A stretch of 64,000 bases of DNA from an uncultured Chloroflexia bacterium (GTDB lineage Bacteria > Chloroflexota > Limnocylindria > Limnocylindrales > CSP1-4), in assembly GCA_963774695.1 (NCBI GenBank), contig CAVZFY010000007.1, positions 369,069-433,068 of the forward strand, in the 5' to 3' direction. Below the pieces are notes generated by a model that was given only the letters and a program-made list of their open reading frames with translations, did no database searches and was not told where the DNA came from. The position numbers and the translations under genes are program-made. Shown piece by piece: positions 56,165-64,000 of the stretch (positions within the stretch are counted from its first letter, which is position 1; the number at the start of each line of letters is the position of its first letter).

Positions 56165-56458
56165 CTAGGAGCCGGACGTGTAGGGTGCGATGCGAAGCAG
56201 GATCCGCGGATCCCCTGGCCCCGAGCTGTCGATGTCGCCGACGATCCGGTAGGCGCCATGCCGGTCGTGGACGGCTTGGAAATCCGCCTCGGTGTACTCG
56301 ATCGAGCCGCCGTGACGGTCGATCAGTACGGCAAGCGCAGACCGCACGATGGCTTGCTCCACCACTTCGGGAGATGCCGAGTGTTCGACTGCTGAAGTTG
56401 AACGGGAAGGTCGGTGATCGCGCGCCTGAACACGCGAGGGTCGACAGACTGCGTCCAT
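56165..56458 (-). CDS. Possible small hypothetical protein (97 aa)
   Basis: ...SPEVVEQAIVRSALAVLIDRHGGSIEYTEADFQAVHDRHGAYRIVGDIDSSGPGDPRILLRIAPYTSGS*. Reasonable codon bias for the C-terminal 70 aa, but the start is unclear. Confidence 0.3.
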   Translation of the reverse strand: MDAVCRPSRVQARDHRPSRSTSAVEHSASPEVVEQAIVRSALAVLIDRHGGSIEYTEADFQAVHDRHGAYRIVGDIDSSGPGDPRILLRIAPYTSGS

Positions 56459-56696
56459 GTTGGCACCCGTCTACGCCCCGGCATTGCTGGCCAAGAGAAC
56501 GATGCGGACAGCGGGTCGGGCGAAACAAGGCGACGAGCCCGCCGGCGCATATCACCGGAATGACGGATGGGCCAGGACATCGTGACGCCAGGGTCGGGTT
56601 CGCCGCCGGCCGCTCGCGGGTGTCGACGTCGGTGGACGTCTACGCCCGCGCAAGCTGACGTCAGTACGGCCGTCGGGAAGGCCCCGGAATTCGAAC

Positions 56697-56720
56697 GGCC
56701 CTCGGAACGATCCGAGGGCC
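56697..56720 (-). terminator. Perfect 10-bp stem/4-nt loop GC-rich hairpin ~20 nt downstream of the tRNA-Pro 3' end
   Basis: ggccctcgga-acga-tccgagggcc. No U-tract, which is usual for high-GC actinobacterial intrinsic terminators. Confidence 0.4.
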
Positions 56721-56739
56721 ATATCCGTGCGAGAGTGAG

Positions 56740-56816
56740 TGGTCGGGGCGGAGCGATTCGAACGCTCGACCTCCTGAACCCCATTCAGGTGCGCTACCAG
56801 GCTGCGCCACGCCCCG
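56740..56816 (-). tRNA. tRNA-Pro (anticodon GGG)
   Basis: Reverse complement is CGGGGCGTGGCGCAGCCTGGTAGCGCACCTGAATGGGGTTCAGGAGGTCGAGCGTTCGAATCGCTCCGCCCCGACCA. C1-G72 (typical of bacterial tRNA-Pro), D-arm GCGC/GCGC, anticodon arm CCUGA-AUGGGGU-UCAGG (U33, GGG 34-36), T-arm GAGCG-TTCGAAT-CGCTC, discriminator A, encoded CCA. Confidence 0.85.
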
Positions 56817-56833
56817 AGGCCGACGAGTCTACC

Positions 56834-57925
56834 TCAGTCCGACGCGGCCGCCCGGCCGGCACCCACCTGCGCCGCCCAGCGGTCGTAGTCGGCGAGCTCG
56901 TCCTTCGACTCGCGGGCCAGGAGGTCGATCAGGCAGCGCTTGGCGCTCTTGCCCTCGAACAGCGCGCGGTGGACCTCGCGGGCGATCGGCATCTCGACGC
57001 CCAGCTCGTCGGCCAGCGCGAGGGCGGCATCGACCGTGTACGCGCCTTCGGCGACGCCGGGCAGCGTGGCCTCGATGTCGGCCCACTTGCGGCCCCGCGC
57101 GAGCTCGACGCCCAGGCGGTGGTTGCGCGACAGCGACGACCCGCAGGTCGCGATGACGTCGCCGATCCCGGCGAGCCCGGCGAACGTCAGCGGGTTCGCG
57201 CCGGCGGCGATGCCGAGCCGCGTCATCTCCGCCAGGCCGCGGGTCATCAGGCCCGCCTTGCCGTTGTCGCCGAAGCCCAGCTCCTCGGCGGCGCCGGCGG
57301 CGATCGCGACGACGTTCTTGAGCGCGCCGCACAGCTCGACGCCGAGCACGTCGCGGTTCACGTAGAGCCGGAAGCGACGGCGGCCGAGCCGTTGCTGGAT
57401 GCGCGCCGCGAGATCCACGTCCTCCGCCGCGACGACGGCCGACGCCGGCAGCTTGCGGGCGATCTCGAGCGCGAGGTTGGGGCCCGACAGGGCGGCGATC
57501 CGGCGGCGGTCGAAGCCGCCGGCCTGCGGCGATGACCTCGGTCATGCGCGGCGTGCGTGCCGCGCTCGATGCCCTTGACCACCGAGAGCAGGTCCGCCGT
57601 CGACGGCGACGTGCGGGCGCCACCGCCGCGACCATGCTCGCGGACGTGCGCGGACGGGACGGCGAACACGACGAGGTCCGTCGCGTCGGCGAGGGCCGCG
57701 GGATCGGCGGTGGCGCGCACGTTGGCCGGGAGGTCGATGCCCGGCAGCCGCGCCTCGTTCCGACGCTCGTCGCGGATGCGGGCCGCCGTCTCCGGGGAGT
57801 GGCAGAGCAGCGTGACCGGCTCCCGCTGGGCGAGGATGCGCGGCGAGCGTCGTGCCCCAGGCACCCGCGCCGACGACGGCGACCCGCGCGGGCCCGTCCT
57901 TCGACGAAGCGGAGCCGTCCGCCAC
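56834..57925 (-). CDS. gpsA: NAD(P)H-dependent glycerol-3-phosphate dehydrogenase; at least 2 frameshifts
   Basis: GTG start. VADGSASSKDGPARVAVVGAGAWGTTLAA (Rossmann GxGxxG). C-terminal frame: LGVELCGALKNVVAIAAGAAEELGFGDNGKAGLMTRGLAEMTRLGIAAGANPLTFAGLAGIGDVIATCGSSLSRNHRLGVELARGRKWADIEATLPGVAEGAYTVDAALALADELGVEMPIAREVHRALFEGKS. Confidence 0.75.
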
Positions 57926-57930
57926 GGCCG

Positions 57931-59501
57931 TCAGCTCCTCCGGGCGCGCGCGGTCCGGCTCTTCGACCGCTTCTTGACGCGGATCTGCTCCCGGAACACG
58001 AGCCGGATCGGCGTGCCGTCGAACCCGTACGCCTCGCGCAGCCGGTTCTCGAGGTAGCGGCGGTAGGAGAAGTGGATCGACGCGGCGTCGGTCGCGAAGA
58101 ACACGAACGTCGGCGGCGCCACCCCGACCTGGGTCGCGTAGCGGATCTTCGAGCGGCGCCCGTGGACCATCGCCGGCGGCGTGCGCTCGACCGCGGCGGA
58201 GACGAGCCGGTTGAGCTCGCCCGTCGAGATCCGGCGGCGGCGCTCGCCCCACACGTCGACCGCGAGCTCGAGCACCTTCTGGACGCGCTGGCCGGTCTTG
58301 GCGCTGATCGAGACGATCGGGGCGTAGTCGATGAACGCGAGCTCGCGCCGGAGCGTGGCCGCGAACTCGTCGAAGGTCTTGTCGGTCTTGTCCTCGACGA
58401 TGTCCCACTTGTTGACCGCGATGACGAGGCCCTTGCCCTCCTCGACCACGTAGCCCGCGACGTGCGCGTCCTGGGCCGTCAGCCCGTCGGCGGCGTCGAG
58501 GACGAGGACCGCGACGTCGGCACGGCCGATCGCCTTGAGCGCGCGGAGGTCCGAGTAGCGCTCGGCCGCGGGCCGCCGACGCGACCTTGCCGCGCTTGCG
58601 GATGCCGGCGGTGTCGATCAGGACGATCTCGCTGCGACCCCACGGGATCGTGGTGTCGATCGCGTCGCGGGTGGTCCCCGGCGTGTCGCGACACGATCGT
58701 GCGCGTCTCGCCGAGGAGCGCGTTGAGCAGGCTCGACTTGCCGACGTTCGGCCGGCCGACGAACGCGATCCCGGGCGGCTCGTCGCCCTCGGCGGCCATC
58801 ATCGCGTCCCAGCGCGCGGCCTCGGCGTCTTCCGGATCGGCGGCGCCGTCGTCATCGTCGTCGTCGGTCGTCGTCGTCATCGGTCGCTCGCCGCGGGCTC
58901 CAGCCGCCCCGCGGCCATCTCCTTCGCCCACGCCTCGGCCTCGTCTTCCTTCGCCTTGCGCGCGATCTCCGCGTCCGTCTCCGGGCGGCAGCGCCCAGAC
59001 GATGGCATCGAGCAGGTCGCCGACGCCGCGCCCGTGGTTGGCCGAGATCGCGAACGTGTCCTCCCAGCCGAAGGCGTAGAACTCGGTGGCGTCGAGCTCG
59101 CGCCGCTCGTTGTCGGCCTTGTTGGCGGCCACGAGCACGGGCTTGGTCGTGCGCCGCAGGAGCGCGGCGGCCTCGAGGTCGGCGGGCGTCGGGCCCGTGG
59201 CCGCGTCGACGACGAACACGATCACGTCGGCCTCGGCGATCGCGAGGCGGGCCTGGAGCTGGACCTGCTCCTCGATCGGGTCGCCGGGCGAGATCTCGAG
59301 GCCGCCGGTGTCGACGACGACGAACCGCCGGCCGTTCCACTCGGCGTCGCCGTAGAGGCGGTCGCGCGTCGTGCGGGCGCGGTCCTCGACGATCGCCGCG
59401 CGGTCGTCGCCGACGATGCGGTTGAACAGCGTGCTCTTGCCGACGTTCGGCCGGCCGACGAAGGCGACGACGGGCAAGCCGGCGGTGCGGCGGGCGGCCA
59501 T
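57931..59501 (-). CDS. der: Ribosome-biogenesis GTPase Der (EngA), tandem GTPase domains; frameshifts
   Basis: MAARRTAGLPVVAFVGRPNVGKSTLFNRIVGDDRAAIVEDRARTTRDRLYGDAEWNGRRFVVVDTGGLE...VLVAANKADN (G-domain 1). Acidic linker TTTDDDDDDGAADPEDAE. GIAFVGRPNVGKSSLLNALLGE (G-domain 2). ...LVIAVNKWDIVEDKTDKTFDEFAATLRRELAFIDYAPIVSISAKTGQRVQKVLE...TGELNRLV...KIRYATQVGVAPPTFVFF (KH-like C-terminus). Confidence 0.85.
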
Positions 59502-60476
59502 GGGTCAGGCCGCGCCGGACGCGGCGCTGATCGTCGGGAGGGAGGTCGTGCGGCCGGCGGGAGTGCGCGGCGACGTCGAGGGCGCCGCGGGCGAGCTCGG
59601 TGGCGTGCGCGCGGGCGTCGTCGGTGCCCGCGACGACGAGGATGCGCTCGGCGACGTCGCGGAGGTCCTCGATCGGCGTCGAGGTGCCGCCGGTCACGCC
59701 GACGACCTGCGCGCCCTCGAACGGCGCGGCGTCGTCGAGGTCGCGGGCGTTCTCGATCTGGATCGCGCTGCGTGCCGACGATCTCGCACAGGCGCGTGAG
59801 CTCCTTGGTGTTCGCCGAGTGGCGCCCGCCGACGACGACCATCAGGTCGACCTCGCGGGCCGTCTCGAGCGTGTCCTCCTGGCGCCGGATCGTGACCGGG
59901 CAGACGGTGTTGACGATCTTGAGCTCGTGGGCGCGCGAGACCATGAACGCCGCGAGCTTCTCGAACTTCCAGGGCGGCTGCGTGCGTCTGGGTGATCAGC
60001 GCCATCCTCTTGCGGCGCGGGATCCGGTCCCAGTCCTCCTCCTCGTCGACGACGATCGCGTCGGGCGCGAAGCCGAGCAGGCCGACGACCTCGGGGTGCT
60101 TGGGCGTGCCGAGCAGGACGATCGTGTAGCCCTCCTCGACGAGGTCCTCGAGCTCGCGCTGCTCCTGGATGACCCAGGTGCAGGTGCCGTCGATGACCTC
60201 GAGGCCGCGCGCCTCGGCGCGCTCCATGACCTCGGGCCGGACGCCGTGGGCGCGGATGACGACGGCCGCGCCGCGGTCGACGTCGTCGAGCGACTCGACG
60301 CTCTGGACCCCGATCTGCTGCAGGTCGCGGATGACGCCCTCGTTGTGGACGACCTGGCCCAGGGTGTGGGTCGACTTGCCGGCCGCCGCCGACTCCTTGG
60401 CCTTGTCGATCGCCTCGCGCACGCCGTAGCAGAAGCCGGTGCGCTTGGCGATGCGGACGTCCTGGACGGTTCCCAT
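59500..60476 (-). CDS. ispH: 4-hydroxy-3-methylbut-2-enyl diphosphate reductase IspH (LytB); frameshifts; 3' end approximate
   Basis: MGTVQDVRIAKRTGFCYGVREAIDKAKESAAAGKSTHTLGQVVHNEGVIRDLQQIGVQSVESLDDV...VVIRAHGVRPEVMERAEARGLEVIDGTCTWVIQEQ... MVSRAHELKIVNTVCPVTIRRQEDTLETAREVDLMVVVGGRHSANTKELTRLCEIVGTQ... VTGGTSTPIEDLRDVAERIL. All three conserved Cys regions are present. Confidence 0.75.
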
Positions 60477-60499
60477 GCGTCGATGGTCGCACAGGCCGC

Positions 60500-61268
60500 G
60501 CAATCGCGTCGCGGTTTTGGCTACCTGGAAGGGTCAGGTTTTCGCGCCGACCGGTTCGGGATCCGCCGCGTTCGCCGGGCACGGCGTCCGCGTAGACGCC
60601 GCGCTGCCGGGGCTCGAGGAGCGCGGCGATCCGGCCCATGATCGCGTCGGTCGCGATGGCCTTGGCCGCCCGGCGGTCGGTCCCGGCCGGGACGACGTCG
60701 GCGAGGCGGAACGGCTCGCCGACGCGCACCGTGACGGTCCGGCGCGGGATCGGCAGCGGGATCTTGCTGCCCCGCGGCCAGACGCGGTCGCGTGTCGTTG
60801 ATCGCCGATCGGGAGGATGGCGGCGCCGGTCCGGAGCGCCAGCATCGCGAGGCCGTCCTTCGCCTCCTGCAGCGCGCCGTCGGGCTGCGCGTGCCCTCCG
60901 GGAAGATCAGCGAGGACGTAGCCGGACTCGAGGATCCGGATCGCGAGCCGGAAGGCCTCGACGTCGGCCGTCGCCGCGGTCGACCGGGTGCACGCCGCCG
61001 CGCGCGGCCACCCAGCCGAAGCCCGGCCAGTCGAAGATCTCCTGCTTGCCCAGCCAGTGGATGCGGCGCTTCCGGAGCGCCGGCGTGATCCACGAGCCGG
61101 TCACGAAGGCGTCGGCGTTCGAGGCGTGGTTGAGGCGAGGATCACCGCGCCGGTCGCGCGGGATGCGTCGAGGCCGTCGATCCGGACGTTGGTGAACAGG
61201 CGGGCGCCGATGCGCGCGCACAGCGCGACCATCCGGACGAGCATGGTCTGGTCGTTGTCGAGGCGCAT
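60500..61268 (-). CDS. plsC: 1-acyl-sn-glycerol-3-phosphate acyltransferase (LPLAT family); at least 3 frameshifts; boundaries approximate
   Basis: MRLDNDQTMLVRMVALCARIGARLFTNVRIDGLDASRATGAVILAS, then NHASNADAFVTGSWITPALRKRRIHWLGKQEIFDWPGFGWVAARGGVHPVDRG (NHxxxxD and xxxxVDRG-like motifs), ...MLALRTGAAILPI...VRVGEPFRLADVVPAGTDRRAAKAIATDAIMGRIAALLE. Confidence 0.6.
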
Positions 61269-61339
61269 GGCGCGCTCGAGGTTGCCCGAGCGCTTCGCGG
61301 GCGCGGGCTCGGGCGCCGGCGCGGCGGCGGGCTTCGGTG

Positions 61340-62157
61340 CGGGCGTCGGCCGGGTGCGGGGCCGGCGCTGCGGCTGGCTCCGGCGTCGCCGGGCTGGCGG
61401 CGTGGCGGAGCCGGGCCGATCGCCGACTCGACGTTGCGGATCGCGCCCTCGACGATGTCGACCGTCTGCTCGAACGTGTTGCCGTCGGTCTCGATGATCA
61501 CGGCGTCGTCCGCGGCCCGGAGCGGCGCCACCGCCCGGTTGCGGTCCAGGTCGTCGCGGTCGCGGAGCTCGGCGCGGACCGCCTCGGCCTCGTCGCCCGC
61601 CGGGTCGAGGCCGCGCTCCTCGATGCGGCGGGCCGGCCCGCTCCTCGACCGAGGCGTCGAGGAACAGCTTGAGGTCCGCGTCGGGCAGCACGACCGTGCC
61701 GATGTCGCGGCCCGGCGACGACGATCCCGCCGCCGCTCGGCGAGCGCGCGCTGGCGCTGGAGGAGGGCGGCGCGCACCTCGGCCTGGCGCGAGACCGCCG
61801 ACACGGCGGCGTCGACCTCGGGTCCGCGCGCGGCCGCGGTCGTGTCGGTGCCGTCGACGCAGGACCGTCGTCAGGCGCCCCGTGCCGTCGTCCGCCGAGC
61901 TCGACCTCGGTCGACGAGCGCGACGAGGCCGGCCGCGTCGTCGGTCGCGATCCCCGCTCGCGAGGGCGAGCCCGGTGAGCGCGCGGTACAGCAGGCCCGT
62001 GTCGCAGAACCGGCAGCCCGAGCCGGCGGGCCGCGGCGGCGCCGACGCTGCTCTTGCCGCTGGACGCCGGACCGTCGAGCGCGACGACGATCCGCCGCTC
62101 GACGGCGGCCTTCGGGGCGCGGGATCGCGATCGGGACGTCTTGGCGGGCGCGGCCAT
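61340..62157 (-). CDS. cmk: Cytidylate kinase; frameshifts
   Basis: MAAPAKTSRSRSRAPKAAVERRIVVALDGPASSGKSSVGAAAARRLGL (P-loop), then RFCDTGLLYRALTGLALASG..., ...MSAVSRQAEVRAALLQRQRALAERR..., ...RAADDAVIIETDGNTFEQTVDIVEGAIRNVESAIG. Confidence 0.8.
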
Positions 62158-62159
62158 GG

Positions 62160-62985
62160 CCCGAGGATACCCGGCCGGTCCGCGGGCTGATCGCGCTCAG
62201 TCGCGACCGGTCGGCGGCGAGCCGCCGGACCTCGGCGGCGGTCAGCGGGCGCACGTCCCCGCTCGCGAGGTCGTCGAGGCGCAGCGTCCCGATCCGGACC
62301 CGGACGAGCCGCTCGACCGGCGCCCCGACCGTCGCCGAACATCCGCCGGAGCTGGCGCTTCCAGCCCTGGTGGAGCGTCGACCGCGGTACCCAGGTCGTG
62401 CCGCGGATCGACGGCCGGCTCGAGCATCTCGGCGAGCAGCCGGTCCTCGGTCGTCGTCTGGCCGCGCAGGTCGGTCACCGTCGCGACGCCCTCGTCGAGC
62501 TCGATGCCCGTCTCGAGCGCCTCCGCCTGCTCGCGGGTCAGCGGGCGCGCGAGCGCGACCGCGTACTCGCGCTCGACCTCGTAGCGCGGATGGAGCACGT
62601 GCTCGGCCCAGTCGCCGTCGTTGGTGAGCAGGATCAGCCCCTCGGAGTCCTGGTCGAGCCGGCCGACCGGGTAGAGCCGGGCGCCGCGCGCGAGGTCGGC
62701 CGGGACGAGGTCGAGGACGGTCGTCTCGGCGTGGCGATCCGGACGGTCGACGTCACGCCGGCCGGCTTGTGGAGCACGAGGTACAGGGCGCGGCCGGCGG
62801 CTCGCCGATCGCGCCGGCCGTCGACCTCGATCGCCTGCTCGCACCGGATCGACCTGCTCGCCCGAGCGCCGCCGGCCGGCCGTCGACGGTGACCCGGCCC
62901 GCCGCGATCAGCTCGTCGGCGCCGCGGCGCGACGCGACGCCGGCGGCCGCGAGGACCTTCGGAGATCCGCTCGGCCGGCATCGGT
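62160..62985 (-). CDS. rluB: RluB/RsuA-family 23S rRNA pseudouridine synthase (S4 domain + catalytic domain); frameshifts; start uncertain
   Basis: KVLAAAGVASRRGADELIAAGRVTVDGRPAALG (S4 domain), ...YLVLHKPAGVTSTV..., ...TTVLDLVPADLARGARLYPVGRLDQDSEGLILLTNDGDWAEHVLHPRYEVEREYAVALARPLTREQAEALETGIELDEGVATVTDLR. Confidence 0.7.
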
Positions 62986-63655
62986 CAGCCCGGCCCGTCG
63001 TCGTCGGCGTCCGGGTCGCGGCCTCGTCGGCCGCGGGCTCGCCGGTCGGCGGCCGCATCGGCCTCGTCGACCAGGCGCGTCGCGACGTCGAGGTCGAGCG
63101 GCGGCAGCTCCTCGAGGGTCGTGAGCCCGAAGCGCTCGAGGAACTCGAACCCGGTCCCGTACAGGAACGGCCGGCCCGGCGCGTCCGAGCGGCCCAGCTC
63201 GACGATCAGCCGCCGATGCAGCAGGGCGCGGACCGTGTAGTCGGAGTCGACGCCGCGGATCCGCTCGATCGCCGGCGCGGGTGACGGGCTGGCGGTAGGC
63301 GACGATCGCGAGCGTCTCGAGCGACGCCGGGCGACAGGCGGACCGCGTCCGCCCCGACGTAGCGGGCGATCAGCGCGCCGGCCTCGGGCGCGGTCGCGAG
63401 CTCGACGCGCTCGCCGCGAGACGATGAGCCGGATCCCGCGGCCCGCCAGCGCTGACCTCGAGGTCGCCGAGGCGCTCGTCGACGGTCGCCCGGTCGACGC
63501 CCGCGAGCAGCCGCGATCTCGCGCCGCGAGAGGGGCTTCTCCGCGACGAACAGGAGCGCCTCGAGCTGCGCCTCGGTGAGCTCGCCGGCGACCGGCGCGT
63601 CGGCCGGCGCCGACGTCGCGCCTCGTCGACCGCCGTCGCTCGATCTCGGTCACGC
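62985..63655 (-). CDS. scpB: Segregation and condensation protein B; frameshifts
   Basis: ...LLGVDRATVDERLGDLEVSAGG...RGIRLIVS... and ...AGIERIRGVDSDYTVRALLHRRLIVELGRSDAPGRPFLYGTGFEFLERFGLTTLEELPPLDLDVATRLVDEADAAAD, followed by an acidic tail. Confidence 0.75.
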
Positions 63656-64000
63656 GAACGACTCCAGCGACTCGTCGATCGGCTCGTCCTCGTCGAGGTC
63701 CGGCGCGCCGCACGGCGGCCCGCTCCGCCGCGGTCGTCCGCCGGGCGACGATCGGGCCCCACGGCTCGGCCTGCTCGACGACGATCTCGCGCCGCTTCAT
63801 CAGCTCGAGCATCGCGAGGAACGTCACCGCCACGACGACCCGGTCGCGCACGCCGCGCAGCAGGTCCTGGAGCACGACGACCGGGGCGCCGCAGGAGCGC
63901 CTCGCGGATGATCGCCGCGCGCTCGGTCATCGTGACGGTCCGGCGGATCGTCTCGGGCGGCGGCGCGGGCGGCGGCGCGACGCGGGCGAGCCCGTCGAGC
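63650..64000 (-). CDS. scpA: Segregation and condensation protein A, C-terminal part (gene continues beyond the right edge)
   Basis: ...TMTERAAIIREALLRRPG... / ...LQDLLRGVRDRVVVAVTFLAMLELMKRREIVVEQAEPWGPIVARR. This is the conserved ScpA C-terminal helix, immediately upstream of scpB as in most actinobacteria. Confidence 0.7.

Noticed and set aside
56678-56700. ccggaattcgaacggccc as a partial tRNA
   Set aside because: It contains a TTCGAA T-loop-like core, but the flanking 5-mers are not complementary (no T-stem) and no acceptor or anticodon arms can be built.
26716-56816. Prophage or integrative element at tRNA-Arg or tRNA-Pro
   Set aside because: No integrase, excisionase, phage structural genes or direct repeats of the tRNA 3' ends are present in the window. 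Only compositional hints.
948-60641. Very long plus-strand six-frame ORFs (e.g. 948-2486, 2555-4336, 4932-6170, 8037-9941, 10896-12782, 33162-34748, 47111-49204, 58587-60641) and long minus-strand out-of-frame ORFs (e.g. 33055-35586 as a single 843-aa protein, 4279-5520, 17455-18381, 40593-41540)
   Set aside because: Translations are Arg/Pro/Gly/Asp low-complexity, typical of antisense or out-of-frame reading of 72%-GC coding DNA. Each overlaps a gene on the opposite strand or frame that has recognisable homology.
1-64000. Calling the ~30 frameshifted genes pseudogenes, or inferring a decaying genome
   Set aside because: Frameshifts hit essential genes (dcd, der, ispH, cmk, gpsA, moeA) while codon bias and domain integrity are otherwise perfect. 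Systematic sequencing error is the simpler explanation, so features are typed CDS rather than pseudogene.
1-64000. rRNA, RNase P RNA, tmRNA, SRP RNA, riboswitches upstream of the moa/moe genes
   Set aside because: I searched by eye for hallmark motifs (GGAAAGTCCGGGCT, tmRNA tag region, Moco riboswitch context). None were found. moeA, moaC and mog are tightly packed behind the M50 gene with no leader.

Overview
This 64-kb window is from a very high-GC chromosome (about 70-73% by eye), with codon usage, Shine-Dalgarno sites and gene content typical of Actinomycetota-like bacteria. Almost all real genes lie on the minus strand, and most long plus-strand six-frame ORFs are GC-driven antisense artefacts. 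Every tandem repeat I found lies inside coding sequence, so there is no CRISPR array. No transposase, integrase or rRNA is recognisable.

The left part (0.7-30.7 kb) looks accessory:
- One ~8-kb gene (2264-10229, minus) encodes a giant secreted protein: signal peptide, S8 subtilase, about 9 Ig-like repeats, about 9 MBG repeats, two cadherin-like domains and a C-terminal membrane anchor.
- A LAL-family (AAA ATPase + LuxR HTH) regulator sits directly upstream of it, and a pentapeptide-repeat/GNAT gene directly downstream.
- A low-GC orphan ORF, a GyrI-like protein and a flippase-like (LPG-synthase TM-domain) membrane protein follow.
- A LipJ-like alpha/beta-hydrolase fused to a class III nucleotide cyclase sits next to a stand-alone SagB-type dehydrogenase and a RidA protein.
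- A secreted Cys-rich protein is followed by an ECF sigma factor and an anti-sigma factor that appears fused to a PQQ beta-propeller + NHL ectodomain.
- tRNA-Arg(CCT), truncated hemoglobin O, and a large secreted PQQ-dependent sugar dehydrogenase with a LamG insertion, PKD and DUF11 domains complete this part.

The rest is mostly conserved housekeeping, in order: a Grx-like/ccdA/resA thiol-redox cassette, a YciI-like protein, MBL-fold hydrolase + nitroreductase, nrdR-dcd, acd-etfB-etfA, an Rv0338c-like membrane Fe-S reductase, mog-moaC-moeA, a CBS-containing M50 protease, a Lit/DUF1461-like protein, DUF4332, a PLP decarboxylase with a small partner protein, RDD, a DHFR-family protein, DUF1232, an alpha/beta hydrolase, truncated hemoglobin N, a TadG-like protein, tRNA-Pro(GGG), and gpsA-der-ispH-plsC-cmk-rluB-scpB-scpA.

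Nearly every gene, including essential ones (dcd, der, ispH, cmk, gpsA, moeA), is interrupted by one or more single-nucleotide frameshifts. Uncorrected sequencing or assembly error is more plausible than pseudogenisation, so I do not call pseudogenes.

The most novel-looking candidates are:
- the giant subtilase/Ig/MBG surface protein together with its LAL regulator;
- the ECF sigma/anti-sigma pair with a propeller ectodomain;
- a pair of paralogous 125-aa Ala-rich proteins (50.0 and 53.7 kb);
- a dispersed ~85-nt conserved intergenic motif with a conserved hairpin, in two same-orientation copies at 52.6 and 54.6 kb that bracket glbN and paralog B (copy 1 upstream of glbN and the a/b-hydrolase; copy 2 inside an 860-bp non-coding stretch).
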